From: Macrostomum lignano
Lineage: Eukaryota
Direction of reading: 5' to 3'
DNA length: 64,000 bases
Assembly (NCBI GenBank): GCA_002269645.1
Contig: NIVC01000227.1
Span: forward strand, 496,001 to 560,000
Shown: positions 50,104 through 64,000 of the stretch, piece after piece
Position numbering within the stretch: position 1 is the first letter of the stretch
Layout: each line of letters opens with the position of its first letter
Made by a program: the position numbers and the translations under genes
The notes under the pieces: generated by a model
The model's database searches: none
Seen by the model: the letters and a program-made list of their open reading frames with translations, nothing else
What the model was told of the DNA's origin: nothing

Positions 50104-53100
50104 GGATTTTATGTTATTGCCCTGTACAGTCCTCTATAGTCTAATTGGCTTTTAGTGTACATGAGTACACTCCCAATCTGGAATCTAAATTATCTCTAGT
50201 GGCGTAAGAGCCTTTTTACTTAGGCTGAGGCGCCGGAAGTACTTATCATAGTCATAGTCATAGTCCCTTGGGAAAGCATCCTCCGCGGAGATTCCGTTTG
50301 TGATCCGATTGAACTCAGAACGATTTTAAGGAATTTGGTAAGAAGGGAAATAAAAGGGAAATAGAATTAGAACGCACAGAGGAGTCTTGCCTCTAAAAGT
50401 GTTGGGAGTCTTGCCCAGAGCACATAAGGAGAATAGGGAATTAATGTAACAAACCTGTATGTAACCTTTATGTAACCTTTATGTAAACCTTATTTATTAT
50501 GTAAAGGTTTATTATGTAAACCTTTATGTAAAGGTTTATGTAAACCTTTATGTAACAAAACTTCTGTACAAGTAACATTCTTTCTATTAACTTTGTGTTA
50601 ACTTAAACTATTGAATTGGTGTCATGACTCACTTCTTTAAATCTAAGTGCTAGAATTAGGGAAGACAAGAACCTGGTGGCACCGAACTACCAAAATCTCA
50701 AACCAGTAAATCCACGAGAAAGATCCTTAGCACAGAAACCAGTAGCTTAGCCGCGAGGTTACACGCCCATTCCTCATTCCACAACCAATAAAAATATTTT
50801 TAGTAAATGGAACTTAATTGATAATGATACAAATAGATGTTTGGTTTGATTCTTGGTCTAATGTTAGTAGTACAAGTTCCGTATAGTTTGGATAGAAGTT
50901 GGATATAGTCTATAACAGACTGCATGCCTCTGTCGCTATACATGATTTATGAGTACCTCTAACTCCCATTCATTGTTTTTGACATCTTGACACGAAAACA
51001 TACTCTTTAAGGTATAGTGTAGTTGACTCTACTTGAGCTGAAAGAATGTATACATGTATATACGAGTATACAAATTATTTCAGTTGATTCATGGTTTCAA
51101 TAACAAGTTTCAATTTGTTAGCAGCTTTCAAGCAGCTAGAGGCCCCGTAGCTGATGAGTGTCATATCGCGTGACTCACCAGGTTATTTTTATTGTTGACT
51201 AACCAATTTTTCGAGCGTAGTGACTTTTCTCTCTTTGTGTGTGCGTTCTTTTGAACCCATAGTGCTTTTAAGCGTGTCGTGCAGTGAACGTGCTTTACAT
51301 GTCGAAGTCTAAAAGCTTGTGAGCTTCAAAGCTTAAAGTTCGTATTTCATGCACTAAAGAAACTATAGTTATTTAAATGAGCATTTCGAAATTTACCTGA
51401 TGGCTCTGAGCGGTACTGTGCTCCAAGTCCTAAAGACGAAAGTTGAGGACTAGGCCCTCCACATTCTACCCGCCGACAGCCAGTCTGGGTAGCAGCGCTC
51501 CTCGAGATGCTGAAAGCCCTCGACTGGGGTTAGGAGTTTGGTAACCTGTTTATCTACGAGGACGAGCAACCCCGGACACTAGTAAACACTGTGCCTGGAT
51601 TCCGGCTCGCAGCGCCATCACTAACACCGAGCTGTGACGCCTTCTAATGTAGCAACCAATCCCGATTTACCGGCAAATAGTATCGTGGTTCACAAGACCA
51701 TCTCCAAGCTTAGCTGAGCGGAAATGGTTTCACGGCCATCCTCGACCTGTCTAATAGCTGGATGCTTCGATTTGCAGTTCAGAATCCTACACCACCCGTA
51801 CATTGCCTCCGAGAAGCGTCAGCGGGCAAACGGGATCTCTGTCTAGCGGAAACGGAGCCCTTGTGCATCATGACCCCTACGAGAACATAGACGGTGGACC
51901 CCATCAGGGAGAAAGCCACGAAGGCTGCTATAACAGCTAGGAGGATGTGAGAAGGGCCGGAAAACCGCCCGGAACAGTATACACTCTGGATTGCAGCTGC
52001 TAGACACTGCCAAGGTTCGCAACCGCAGCAACCCCCAACCCAGTGTCACCACTGCGTCCCATACCTGTGACCCAACCCCCACGGCCACCGCCGTTGGCAC
52101 CACTCTGATCAACCAGTAGGTGGACCCAAAGCATAGGGAGAGGTGGGCTAACACCCTTAAATGCCGGAAATCCTGGACGGCTATCCCTTGTCCTGCCGCT
52201 GCACTCGACAGGGCCCTGCTTGGACTTAACCACGGGGACATCAGGGCGCTGACTATGGCTCTCTGATGACATGATGTTTTACTTTCTCAGAAATGCTCAT
52301 TACGCCTCTCCAGTATTGAGAATGCGGAGCACTTTAACTGTGAAGAGTTTTACACTTTTACGCCCTAATATACTACAGTGGTCCTGAAGCTTGCCATCGC
52401 TGCTCTTATATTGTTGCGTACGTACAGAATCCCAGGGCTGTTGCAGAAGCTGTCAAGGACACCAAAGCCTTTGGCAAAGGGACTATCGAAGTCTGGGAGA
52501 GAATTGGAACAGCTAGAAGCGAGTCGACACGTCGACTCACACATGGACTATCATGTGTGAATCGCGCTCGAAATACTGAATCACTCTCACTATCTGCTGC
52601 ACGTTGACTTGGCGCCATAAGGCTGAGTTTTTCAAGCTCAGAGGGACACTGACATCCAACGAGCTGGTATTACACTGATTTCAGTGATAATTACATGTGT
52701 GCACACTAAAATGCAACTAGTCAACGTACTGCAATCAGCGCCAAGTGACTATTTTCACAGTTGGAGTGTACAGCAGTGCAAAGAAGCCGTGATCAGTGAT
52801 ACAACTGACTATTTTAAGTGAACCGCTGCAGATATGCTTGATTCTACACTGCAGGTAAGGTATCAAAGCTGGTTGTACACTTGTACTGTGATATTTTTCA
52901 AATAGACAGAATAGTTAGCCCTAAACAAACCTAGCTGGCGCAGTATTGCTGGATCGGTTATTCTACCAATATTTATGGTAGCAGTAGCTAGTGATACAAA
53001 GAGTTAAAAATGATACTGTACAAGTAAATAAACAACGCGAGTGAACACGATCACAGATTTGAGTCCGAGCACTGACTCATTTTTACTCTTAAGAAAAAAC

Positions 53101-53149
53101 TTGCAAGGATATTATTCCTAAATTTAATTGACACGGACAATTTAGACAA

Positions 53150-53990
53150 TAGAATGTTAAAAAATTCAGCGCTGCTTTTAACAAGACTGGTATGACGATT
53201 CACTTCAGGAGTGACGAGCCTGCTTCTCAATTCAAGAACTGATTCGCCCAAAGGTAACTCGCAGTCACTCGTGTCAAGTTCAATCTGAAGAGGCTGGCAT
53301 TGAACTCTTTTTTGCCACGTCTCACGGTAAGGGCGCGATCGATGGAGCCGGAGGCACACTGAAACGGTTTGTTTGGAAGCTAGTTAAGGTGAGGCAGGTG
53401 ATTGTCAGAATGCAGCAGTTAATAGTGCAGATGAGGTGTGTAAGATTGAGTGAGACCTACTGCATCTCAAAAAAGAAGATTCTGGAACTGCTTATGCTTA
53501 ACGATTGAGTAGATAAGATGTTCACAGCCAGAGGTGAGTGGTTTTTTGTTAAGAGATCTGCAGAACTCAATGACTGAGTCTCTGTCTTCATTTCAAGTTC
53601 CAAGCATCAAGCGGCAGCACTTTTGGTGTGCATATGACAACTCACTTGCTGTCTTCACCAACAAACTGTCCATCGACCGATATGACCAGTTTCCAGGTAG
53701 CCAGAGCAGGATATGCAGCTTGATCCTTAAGCCAGACAGCTGCCCAGACTCGACTATAGATATCAGCTTCCAGTTGTAGGTGACTGGGTGCTCGTCAAAT
53801 ACTGGTAGAGTCTAAAGACACAAGTTATACCTGGACAAGTCACCAATGTCATCAACATCACCATGGTGCAATTGCACCGTGGTCACAATTGCTACAAATG
53901 GACTTGAAAGGACCTAATATACCATGCTGAAACTGACATTGTGCACATCATTGACACACCTATTGCACTTGTTCAAAGCTATTTTGACAA
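53150..53990 (+). pseudogene. Decayed DNA-transposon (DDD transposase) relic, Sola-like by motif recollection
   Basis: TIHFRSDEPASQFKN, then after frameshift/stops FFATSHGKGAIDGAGGTLKR; later GDWVLVKY...GQV...KWT*KD. Matches an invertebrate transposase family with SDxxxxQ[FY]KN / HGKGxxDGxGG motifs. Confidence 0.65.
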
Positions 53991-56171
53991 ATGTTGCAAT
54001 AATTACTACACAAGCAGGCTCATAAAAAACTGTGTTGCCTTTCTTTTGTTAAGAACTTATGAAAATCACCTTAGTATACTGATGATAATTCCCCAGAAAT
54101 CTTCAGAAACATGGCATTGAATTTGAGAAGTATGATCTTGATTCTAATACAGGTCCTAACCATTACCAAAATGGAAGGCCTCTCTCTGAGATGAAAAATG
54201 ATGGCAGCTTTTTCACCTAAGAACTACTTGCAGATCTCGGAGAAAAAATAAGAGGGGTCAGATTTTAACCAAGAGTAGGATGCCATATTATGCACAAGAG
54301 GTGCACCATATTGAAAAAACTGATGGCAGTGAAGACCCTTTTTATGACAACTTCTATGCTTATTTTCTGGCACTCCTGTGTTATTTCCTATTTTGGATTA
54401 TATTACTCTATCTTGCAAAGTATTATACTTTTAGGATTTTGATACTTATACATGCGCAACCCTCCCTCCTATACATCAGCTATGCAACATACTTTTGACC
54501 ATGTGACTTACCTATAAAAGAAGCTTAAGAAAATAAACGTAATTTTGGGTAGACGGCAAGAGTATAACTATGACTAATTTTTAGGGAAAATGCCTCGTCA
54601 TCTAATTAATACTATGTATATTTTGGATAGGCATTTTAGTGACTACTTACCTTGGCTTATGCCAGTGATCATATGCCAGTGATCATATGCCAGTACTCAT
54701 TTAATTTAAAGGAATGATATAGTTATAATATTACTATAAGTTATTAGCCTAACATTATTAATTTGATTAAAGTTTCAACAATTTCAAAGTCAGTCATGAA
54801 ACTCTTAAAGACTTGGTACATAAAGTGTATAATGCTTAGCATATAAAGCAAGTGCTACTTGGTATCCTTAGTGCATAATAAATGATACTTAATGTGCTTG
54901 GCCTCATACATACACAACTGCTAGCCAACCTAGCCAATCTAGCCACCATAAATAGTGGTAGACTAGGTGTAAATTGCAAAAATGCCTACCCAAAAGAATA
55001 GATATAATACTAACTAGATGATGATGCATTTAGCCTTAATAAGACAGTCATGTAATGACTCCGGAATCAGACAGTATTTGTGGCATGCGAGAAAAAGGTC
55101 TTAACCCTCCAAGTAGGGTGAGACAATATTTATATATTTGGAAGCAATCTGATTGCAATGTGCACAAGAGCCGCGTGCCATACATACATAAGTTGGGTAG
55201 TGACATGTACTTGCTAGTTGCTAATACAATGTACAAGCTAGCACTGGCCAGAGTAGCATTACAAGTCATAGTTACTCCTGCTATTTACCAAAATTCACAT
55301 TTAATTTTTGCTTAATGGTTTCTTTTATGGGTAAATTGCATTTTTTGTCAAAAAGTAAGTTGCATAGCCAGTATAAATCAGTGGGATTGTGCATGTATGC
55401 TTGGCTTGCAAAGTATACAAAGCTTAGTGCCTTTGGCATATATAGTATACCATAGTTTGGAAGGCAAAATGTATGCTAAGATTCCCCAGCATAAAACAAG
55501 TCTTACCATTTTTAGTATACATTAACATCAGGGTATATCCCCGAATATATGATACAGCAGATATATTATGTCAAATGACAATTTTTTGTCATTTTTTCTG
55601 GCATTAAACCTGAGGTACACTAATATAGGATCCTAACTATAGATAATATATCATGTTTAGCATGTTGATAGACTTTGTTTTTGAGAACTTTATTATAATA
55701 TAGCCATTAATGGGCTTTAATATAAGCTGATAAAATATAAAATGAGTCAAAACAATGATTATAATATTTCATGTTTATATTGATTAAATTATTGTCAAAT
55801 AATTATTAAATTATCATTAATTATAAGATATTAGATTTGAAGTATCTAATATCATAAAATATTTAAAGCTATTTATTATAGTATTTAGGCCTACTACTTA
55901 ATTTGGTCCAAAAAAAATAAATCTAGTTCTAAAAATAAAAAGCCACAGATATTTATCTAAACTAGGCCTAGGCCCTATCTAGGCTTATTAAATTAGACTA
56001 GATACTTAGATTATATATCAATGACAAAAGGTAGCAGATATTATAAGAAGTTGCAAGATGAATACATACAAACTGACAAACATTGCTTTATCTTTTAGAT
56101 CTTTAAAAAAATGAAAATACAATGATGGCATTGTACAGAAATATGCCATCTATCTCTATTAATATAGAGAT

Positions 56172-56871
56172 ACAGCATACATTGCGCAATATCTAGCCAA
56201 GCTAGACAATTGGGCCAGCTAATAAGGGGTCCACCAAGTAAGTTGCAAAAATACCCAGCTGAAAATCTGCTTGTATTTCTAATTAGATGACGAGGCATTT
56301 AGTATTAATAATACATTTATAGTTACTCATGCTGTTTACCCAAAATTATGTAAATTTATGTAATTTTATAAGTAGGCAGCCTAAGTTGCATGGCCACTTG
56401 GTCGGTGAAATCAGGGGGTTGCATATGCAGAGGAGCCATTTTTCTAAATAGGGCCTAGTCAATTTCAAGTTACCAAACTTAAAGAATATGATAATATAAA
56501 TATGATGTATCTTTCTACTATCTACTATCTACTATCATATTTATATTGTCACATTCTTTAAGTTTGGTAACTTGAAATTGACTAGGCCCTATTTAGAAAA
56601 ATGGCTCCTCTGCATATGCAACCCCCTGATTTCACCAACCAAGTGGCCATGCAACTTAGGCCTACTTATAAAAGAAACCTAAGCAAAATTTACGTAATTT
56701 TGGGTAAGCAGCATGAGTAACTATAAATGTATTATTAATACTAAATGCCTCGTCATCTAATTAGAAATACATGCAGATTTTCAGCTGGGCATTTTTGCAA
56801 CTTATTTGGTGGACCCCTTATTAGCTGGCCCAATTGTCCGGCTTGGCTAGATATTGCACAATGTATGCTGT
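56172..56871. mobile_element. 700 bp palindromic (foldback/MITE-like) element
   Basis: Arms ~56172-56506 and ~56534-56871 are reverse complements around a 27 nt spacer; a partial third copy lies at ~54535-54612. Confidence 0.85.
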
Positions 56872-58914
56872 TCTATTATTCTATTCCTCTAGTTGGAATG
56901 CAAAGAAAATTTTAGCTATAGTATAGAACCTGAGACTCCTAGAGTTTGTATCTTTATTTAGAACTATATCGACTATTTGTAGGACCAAATTAGGTGAGAA
57001 ATGGTATTTAATTTTAATAAGCTATAACTACTAATATAAATCACATTTATTTTAAAAAAAAAAACTCACCAAAATGCATTGAGAGTTGGTTGCTGACAGT
57101 TTTTTTTATCACTTTTAGAATAAGAAATTAAAGAGCAAGAGCTAAAATCAAAGCAAAATCATGCACTGTATCCCATGCAGTCTAGGTCCACTTAATTTTA
57201 ATTAGGCCTAAGCTGAAAGCCAAAGGCATTTCAACTCTTCAAAACCACTAAGTCTAGTAGACTGCAGGGTTGATCTTTCTAGACTTTCCTTCATTTTCCT
57301 TGCCTCTATCTCTAATAAGTCAATCACTATTGGATAGGCCATGAGTGTGATCAATAGGTTTAATGACCCTATACACGAGTAGGACAAAAAACTCTATAGC
57401 CCCAAGTCAAAAAAGAGGGGTTATTGTGTACGCAGCAGAATGCAACCCCCCTCCCTCTATCCCAAACCAATCGATAAAATGGAGGGGGTTGGCAGAGAGC
57501 CTTTGTGTTTGTTTAATTCTATGGAATAAGTTGGTTTGGCTAGGTCTTCTTTTTATGATTCGATTCCTTACTATTTAGATTGAACCATTTTATCTTTTTC
57601 AATCCCCTTTTAAAACTTCTGTTGTGTAGTAATTTAAAAATATTTATTGATACTAATAGGCAATAAGCAAATAGCAAATTGTGATGCCCATCATGCCACT
57701 AAAATCTCTTACAAAGGGACACTTTTCTTGGGGAATTTTAGCAGTAAGGGCAGAATGTCTAATAGGTATTCCAACTGTGCTGGGCACAAAATTAAGACTT
57801 GGAAGAGAGCCAGGTTCTTTGACCTATGTCTCCAAAGAAACAATACTTGCCCCCATTTGGGAACAAAGCATAGGCCTACTGTATTATTTCCTGGCCTTTA
57901 GGGCCTCCTCAATCCTCATTGGCCTTAGCAGGTTCTAGCTGTACATTGATGAGAGAGTGGGAAAACGCAGGTACAACCTGACCTAACAGAGCGAATCTAA
58001 TGGTTGTATGACTTAGCAATCACGCATGCTTCATACACTTTGTACACTAAACAGTAACACAGTCACAACAATAGGGAATTGGGAAAGAGACAAAATGCCT
58101 TATGGATAGAGGTCTAAGGTTAGGAAAGATGCCTAGCCTTGGAGACAGCAGAACATCTATGGGGATAAGGCAAGACACCTAGGGAGACAGTATATCTGGG
58201 GATAAGCAAAACACCTAGGAAGACAGCACATCTGAGGGGGGGGGGAAGATAGGCAAGATGCCTTATTCAGGCCTATATGCCTTGAGGAGAAGGGAAGAGG
58301 CAACATGCCCCTATTAGACAGGATGTTTCCTAGGGACAAGGGGCAGAATGACTAAGAAATAAGGCATTGATGAATATGCTATTTTTAAAACTTGGATAGG
58401 CAAAAGCAAAAGCAAAAGCAAAAAGTTTTGCATCAGCAAAAATTGCAAGTTGCAACACCAAGAACAAGTTGGTCTGTCAGAATATTTTCTGATTCCTTTT
58501 TATAGAGCAAAACAGAGTTGTGTAGTATTTAATAAAACAGAGTTTTGACAATTTGCAGAGAAATACAGGGGATCTGTCTCTTTGTCCTTGCCCTTATTAC
58601 CCGAGGGCAATGCATTTGCCCTTAGTAACTTTGCACTTTTCAAAATACATTGGATAATTTTTTATCCTTCATTTAAAAAAAGAAAGATATTTCAACCAAT
58701 GTTGACATAATTTTAACACAAGGTTGTCACAAATATAGCATTATATTTGCAGAATTTACGCATGCAAGCAATCACATATACACATGCAAGTGGTGGTCCG
58801 AAGTTGAATGTTAAAAAGCAAGCCGCGGGGATGCCACATTCACTTTGCTTTGTGTGTGAGTGAGTGCTTGTGTGCATAAATTTTGTAAATCATCATAATA
58901 TACTAAATCTCTTA

Positions 58915-58916
58915 GA

Positions 58917-58977
<61 letters not shown>

Positions 58978-59046
58978 TTGTCTGTCGTTCTGTCTGTCTA
59001 TTGACTGTCTCTCTGTCTGTGTGTCTGTCTGTCTGTCTGTCTGTCT
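58915..59046. repeat. (CTGT)n microsatellite
   Basis: Direct inspection. Confidence 0.9.
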
Positions 59047-59401
59047 GACTGGTATTTCAGTCTATAGCCTGAAGCCTGAACCAATTTTTTTCAAACTTGC
59101 TTTATTCATTCGGAAATTCTTGTGAGATTGTGTGGATGTAATTGCATTGATAAAATCGAATGGGAAGATGGTTAAATATTTGGAAAACTATATTTTCCCT
59201 ATCTAATTAGTGTATTTTTCTCATAGTGAGAGCTCAATATAACTATGGCCATAGACTAAACTTCAACTTCTTGAGCTAATGCTACTCTCTATAAGTAATT
59301 AAATACGTGTATTCGAAAACATGCTTTTTTGTATAAAAGAGAGATATCAGCCAGTGCACTTTAAAAGCGTTGAAGTATTATATGCAACTGTGTATTAGGC
59401 C

Positions 59402-59711
59402 CATGGAGGAAAGAATAGAATGGAGTGCCAATCTGAGCCAGTCATTTTTATCTCGCTCAATTTTTGCTTTTAACATCCCTTTCCCCCCGTTCCTTCCTAT
59501 TGGCTAAAAGCATATTTTGATGCGAGCTCATACTATGCTGGGACAGACCTTTCAGAGGGGAATGAAAATGAAAATGAGACAAAAAATACTTTGTCTATGG
59601 TAGTCACGAGCCAATAGGAAAGAACAGGGGAAAGGGATGTTAAAAGTTAAGATCGAGTGAGATAAAAACAACTGGCTCAGATCAGCACTCCATTCTATTC
59701 TTTCCAACATG
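59402..59711. mobile_element. MITE-like element with ~100 bp inverted arms
   Basis: 59402-59505 (catggaggaaagaatagaatggagtgc...cctattggct) is the imperfect reverse complement of 59609-59711. Confidence 0.75.
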
Positions 59712-59867
59712 ATTTGGCCTCACTGTTATATATCACTCACTGTGTATATCACTCACTGTGTATATCACTCACTGTGTATATCAGCTTCTATGTATTTGAC
59801 TGCATTGCTGAAGCATTTCATTGGCTGATGCTAAAAATTGTCCATCTGTGTGTGCCCTGGGTCTGAG

Positions 59868-60420
59868 AAATGCTTGCTTATGCTTGCTGTCTGAGTAATG
59901 CTTGCTGTCTGAGGAATGCTTGCTGTCTGGGGGATGCTTGCTATCTGGGGGATGCTTGCTGTCTGAGGAATGCTTGCTGTCTAGGGAATGCTTGCTGTCT
60001 AAGGAATGCTTGCTGTCTGGGGGATGCTTGCTGTCTGAGGAATGCTTGCTGTCTGAGGGGATTGCTTGCTGTCTGGGGGATGTTTGCTGTCTGAGTAATG
60101 ATTGCTGTCTGAGGAATGCTTGCTGTTTGAGGAATGCTTGCTGTCTGAGGAATGCTTGCTGTCTGAGGAATGCTTGCTGTCTGAGGGGATTGCTTGCTGT
60201 CTGGGGGATGTTTGCTGTCTGAGTAATGATTGCTGTCTGAGGAATGCTTGCTGTTTGAGGAATGCTTGCTGTCTGAGGAATGCTTGCTGTCTGAGGAATG
60301 CTTGCTGTCTGAGGAATGCTTGCTGTCTGAGGAATGCTTGCTGTCTGAGGGGATTGCTTGCTGTCTGGGGGATGTTTGCTTATGCTTGCTGTCTGGGGGA
60401 TGCTTGCTTTCTGGGGGATT
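59868..60420. repeat. 18 bp minisatellite (gaggaatgcttgctgtct) with ~128 bp higher-order period
   Basis: Variant block gaggggattg...gggggatgtttg...gagtaatgattg recurs at ~60056 and ~60184. Confidence 0.92.
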
Positions 60421-63400
60421 CTTTGAGTTAGGCTAATAAAGAGGGGCCTAAGGCTGTGAGCTCCCGCTGTAGACCAGAATATGCCCCGGCCATAGTGACA
60501 ATATGCACTAAGAGTTAGTGCTTGAAAGGATAAGCACTATTTGCTGATTGAGAAAGGGTTTTGGGTTGATGAAGGAAACTTTTTTGGCTGATTAAAGTTT
60601 TGATTTATGGCAATTTGGTGTCATTTTTAAGGCCCCCCAGTGGGGGGCTACATGGCTAGTATGCTATACTTGTGGCAACATTAAGTGTTAAAATTTTGTC
60701 AATACCTCGTATAGGTTGCAAATGACAAAGTTATTAATGTTTTACTTTAAATTTGGCGTGTTATACGTGGGCCACCCTCTCTTTAAAAAAGCTATGAGAT
60801 TGATGCTATATAGGTAGGCCTAATTTGCACTGTTTCCCCAATCAATAGATTTGTTTTAAAGTGCCAAAATATAGCACCACTAGCGCCAAAATGAATGTTT
60901 AAAACACTTAAATGAGCACATGCAATGCCACAAAATGAGTGCCTATGGTGCAAAAAGTAAGTGTCTATAGCCTGGTGCAAATTTGAATGTTTGCGGACTT
61001 TTGTCAAGATATTTTGAAACTGGCATTCCAATAAGTTTCTATTAAAAAATTCATTTGTAATTCATAAACTGAAATGAACTGGGCCTACTTTTTGTTGTTC
61101 CCAAATGCATCCCTGAACAACACAATACGAGTATAGCAATCCGATATGTGTTGAGTTATAATTTAAAAAAATTCCATTTTGTCTATTAATTTTTATTCTA
61201 ATTTGATTTAACAATTATAGACTCATGCACTTAAACAAAATTCGTAAATCCATGACTACTATTGCGGGCCTACAAGTATATTTTAATATTATAATCATGG
61301 ACTTAAAGAATCGTGAGCATGAATTAATAAGCCAAAAATAACAAACAGGGTTCAGTGTGAAATCATTTTCCGGTATTCTGGAAATACCAGATATTCTGGA
61401 TGAAGTACGTAGCAGATGGCTGCTACGCACTTCATCATTTGTACTTTCTATTAGACTTAGATTATAATATTTGTCCTAATTCAACCTACAACAAAACAAA
61501 AACAAGTAGGCCTACTAGGGCATAAATTATTTATTAATATAAAAAGTGCAGGATTTAGACAGAGACTTTTGAGCTTCAAATTGCAATTTTAAATAATTGA
61601 TATTATGTAGGCCTACTAATATCATTTCTCAAGTCTAGAGAATATCTACCTGTCCAAAATTCTAAACTCATCATAAATGTAGTACTGCTGTATTAGGCCC
61701 TATAGCTGTACTACTTGTGTGCTATAAGGTTCATTTTACCTGGGCATGGTTATGTCTCGATCAGGTAGTTTGTACATGTATGACGACTATATGTATATGA
61801 GTTTGAGATTCTGTTCCCGATAGAATTTTCACAAAAATAAAGCTTTTACATTGCTAGGCCTAGGCCTAGCTTAAAATAACACCACGACACGAGACACGAC
61901 CAGACCAGATCAGACTTGAGGAAAAATAAATGCATTTTTAGAAAACCAGAAACTCCCTTGGAACCTCCTACTTTTATCGCACCTACTACCGTATAGGCGC
62001 GGCCCTATAGCTAGGCCTAGTTAAAGCAAAGCAACCGACTGCTAGAAAGTTCTAGTAATTATACATGTAGCTTCTGGATTCTAGAACGTGCAGATTCAAA
62101 ATTACCAAGTTGCAACCAAAATTATTTAAGGCCTTGTAAATTTAAGTTCAATGTAACTTTGATTTTTTGTTTTATTAATTCTACAACTACATGTAATCAG
62201 AGATCAGTGAGACAGCTAGACAGACGACGAAAGAACTTCAATCTCCAAGGTCAAAGGTCAGGGCGCGGTTATTTTGAATTTGTCAATTGTGATTTAAGAT
62301 TTTAACAACCTCAAATTAAATGCATTTTAAATGCATCCATCATAAGGAGAGGCAATTCTGAGAGGAACTGTGCATGCAATAGAGGGCAGATCGAGTGTGC
62401 ACTGCTAGTTGAATGATCCCAATCAATACATGCAAGTGCAGTTTCTTATTTTTACCATTTGCTAAAGAACTATGTACTCGTAGCTATACAATACAATAAA
62501 ATATTTTGACTGCTCAATTACCTGCCCAAGTGCTGTCACATGATTAATTTGGGGCTAAATGTGAATCCGGGGTTTGGGTCCATGCATGCTCCAACCAACC
62601 AACAGCGTTTTAAGAATGCTCTGTGTGCTAAAATGGCTTATGGAGGTATAAATTTTTGAAATGCTCTGCAACCTCACTCAGCCAGGCGCATCGCTGGGGG
62701 GGGACAGGGGGCTATCCTCCCCAGTAAAAGCTATGGGGGACATGTCAATGCTTTGTCCCCTCCCCAAACCTTGTGACTATAGTGAAATTATTTTTTTTTC
62801 ACCTCAAGGCGCCAAAATATAGAGAAGGGCGCTAAAATAGGGCGCCAAAATATAAAGAATGCCTGCGGCGCCAAAAAAAAGCCTGCGGCGCCAAAGGAAA
62901 TGCCTGCTGTGGCGCCAAAAAAAGCCTGCGCGGCGCCAGAAGCTGTAATCTCACTCCCAGCTCTGCAATCTCAAGTCAGCCCTACAATTGATGAGGACGC
63001 ACTTTTTTTCCAAATCCCGCGCTAGCACATAGGCTCTAAACTTACTAGCCTACTAACAGTGGGCAACAATGGGCATTTTTATCCTTTTTCTGCGAATTGT
63101 CATGGAATCTATACTAGATATAATGTTTGGTCATACTAGTAGTCATAATAACATAGGCGCAGCTTTTTGGGTCATAAATCATCGCTTTCGAAGCTATTCT
63201 GACAGCCACCTGCGCCTCACTCAGTGTTGAGGCGGGCGCCAGATGGTCTGAGGGGATGCGAATGAAAGCTTTTTTCTCATCATTTTGACAGGCCATCAAG
63301 ATTTATGAGGTCAGGGCCTATTGACCGGCCAGGAATTGACCGTCGTTTCTTGATCCACGGATTGCGACCCCCCCCCCATCATCATCAAGGGCGAGTCCCC

Positions 63401-64000
63401 CCGGTCATCAGCAGTGAACATCAAAGTGAAGTGCATCACCTGCTAGCTATTAGCGAAGATTACGACATCAGCATCATCCCGGGCCTACAGCTGCGAAGCA
63501 CTAAGCCGATTCGGTCACTGTGGATTACCTGGTCTCCGGCTGTTGAGTTTCTGATTGGTTGGGTGAGAGGCTGCCTAGACTTGCTTGATTGGATGATTCC
63601 TTATCTGTCCCCTGTTTCAGTAGCTGGATTAGGCGCAAAATTTTGCTCATTTTATTCAGTAGTGCTGTTAATCGAGGCAGAAGTCATTCAATAATACTGC
63701 TAGTAGTCTAAACCCCAATTCAATCTGAAGTGTGAATTGTGATCTAAAGAGAAGGTTAAATCTAACAGTTATTTTTATCAATTCTATTTCTTTGTTCGCC
63801 GATGGCTCAGATAAATAGCTAAGCTAGTAGGCGCCGGTCACAGTGGACCAATGGCAAGGCAGTTCTCAGTCGATCAATCTACGAGCTATCAAATCGTTAG
63901 CGAAATTGCCAATAGTGCAGAATCGGCTCCAGAGATGTACTCTGTGCACTCTAGGTTAGCCAAGTGGCTCGGGTGATCAATCATGCGGTCTCTGAAGTTC

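Noticed and set aside
51400-52260. Possible decayed gag/LINE fragment (QCHHC)
   Set aside because: Motifs too incomplete to call a family.
47474-52275. CTGATGA cores at ~47475, ~51151 and ~52263 as hammerhead ribozymes
   Set aside because: No stem II followed by GAAA in the required geometry.
54280-64000. Short ORFs (60-130 aa) in the AT-rich right end
   Set aside because: No homology-like motifs, splice-consistent structure or coding-like composition.

Overview
This is a repeat-rich eukaryotic (animal) genomic window with GC-rich exons and GT-AG introns that are often filled by micro/minisatellites. That architecture is what I associate with a free-living flatworm such as Macrostomum (inference, not verified). 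Genes supported by sequence: (1) the 3' half of clathrin heavy chain (+, 6 exons, 281-6764); (2) a 4-exon coiled-coil protein with a C-terminal Cys/His zinc-binding motif (-, 10117-13491); (3) a Mab-21/cGAS-like nucleotidyltransferase (-, ~16902-18719); (4) a single-exon two-TM protein (+, 22745-23440); (5) an ankyrin-repeat protein (+, ~28299-29231); (6) an atypical PKA type-II-like regulatory subunit with no visible dimerisation/docking domain (+, 3 exons, 36322-38368); (7) a stand-alone, bacterial-looking staphylococcal nuclease with an intact active site, joined through a phase-matched 3.5 kb intron to a signal-peptide exon (+, 39139-43212). Gene 7 is the best candidate for a domesticated horizontally acquired gene. 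The right third (43.6-64 kb) holds decayed mobile DNA: Ty3/Gypsy pol and LTR-like pieces, a DDD-transposase relic, a 700 bp palindrome, a MITE and a ~120/480 bp higher-order repeat. I found no rRNA, tRNA or CRISPR. Most long ORFs in the supplied track are translations of tandem repeats. All exon boundaries were read by eye and need RNA-seq confirmation.
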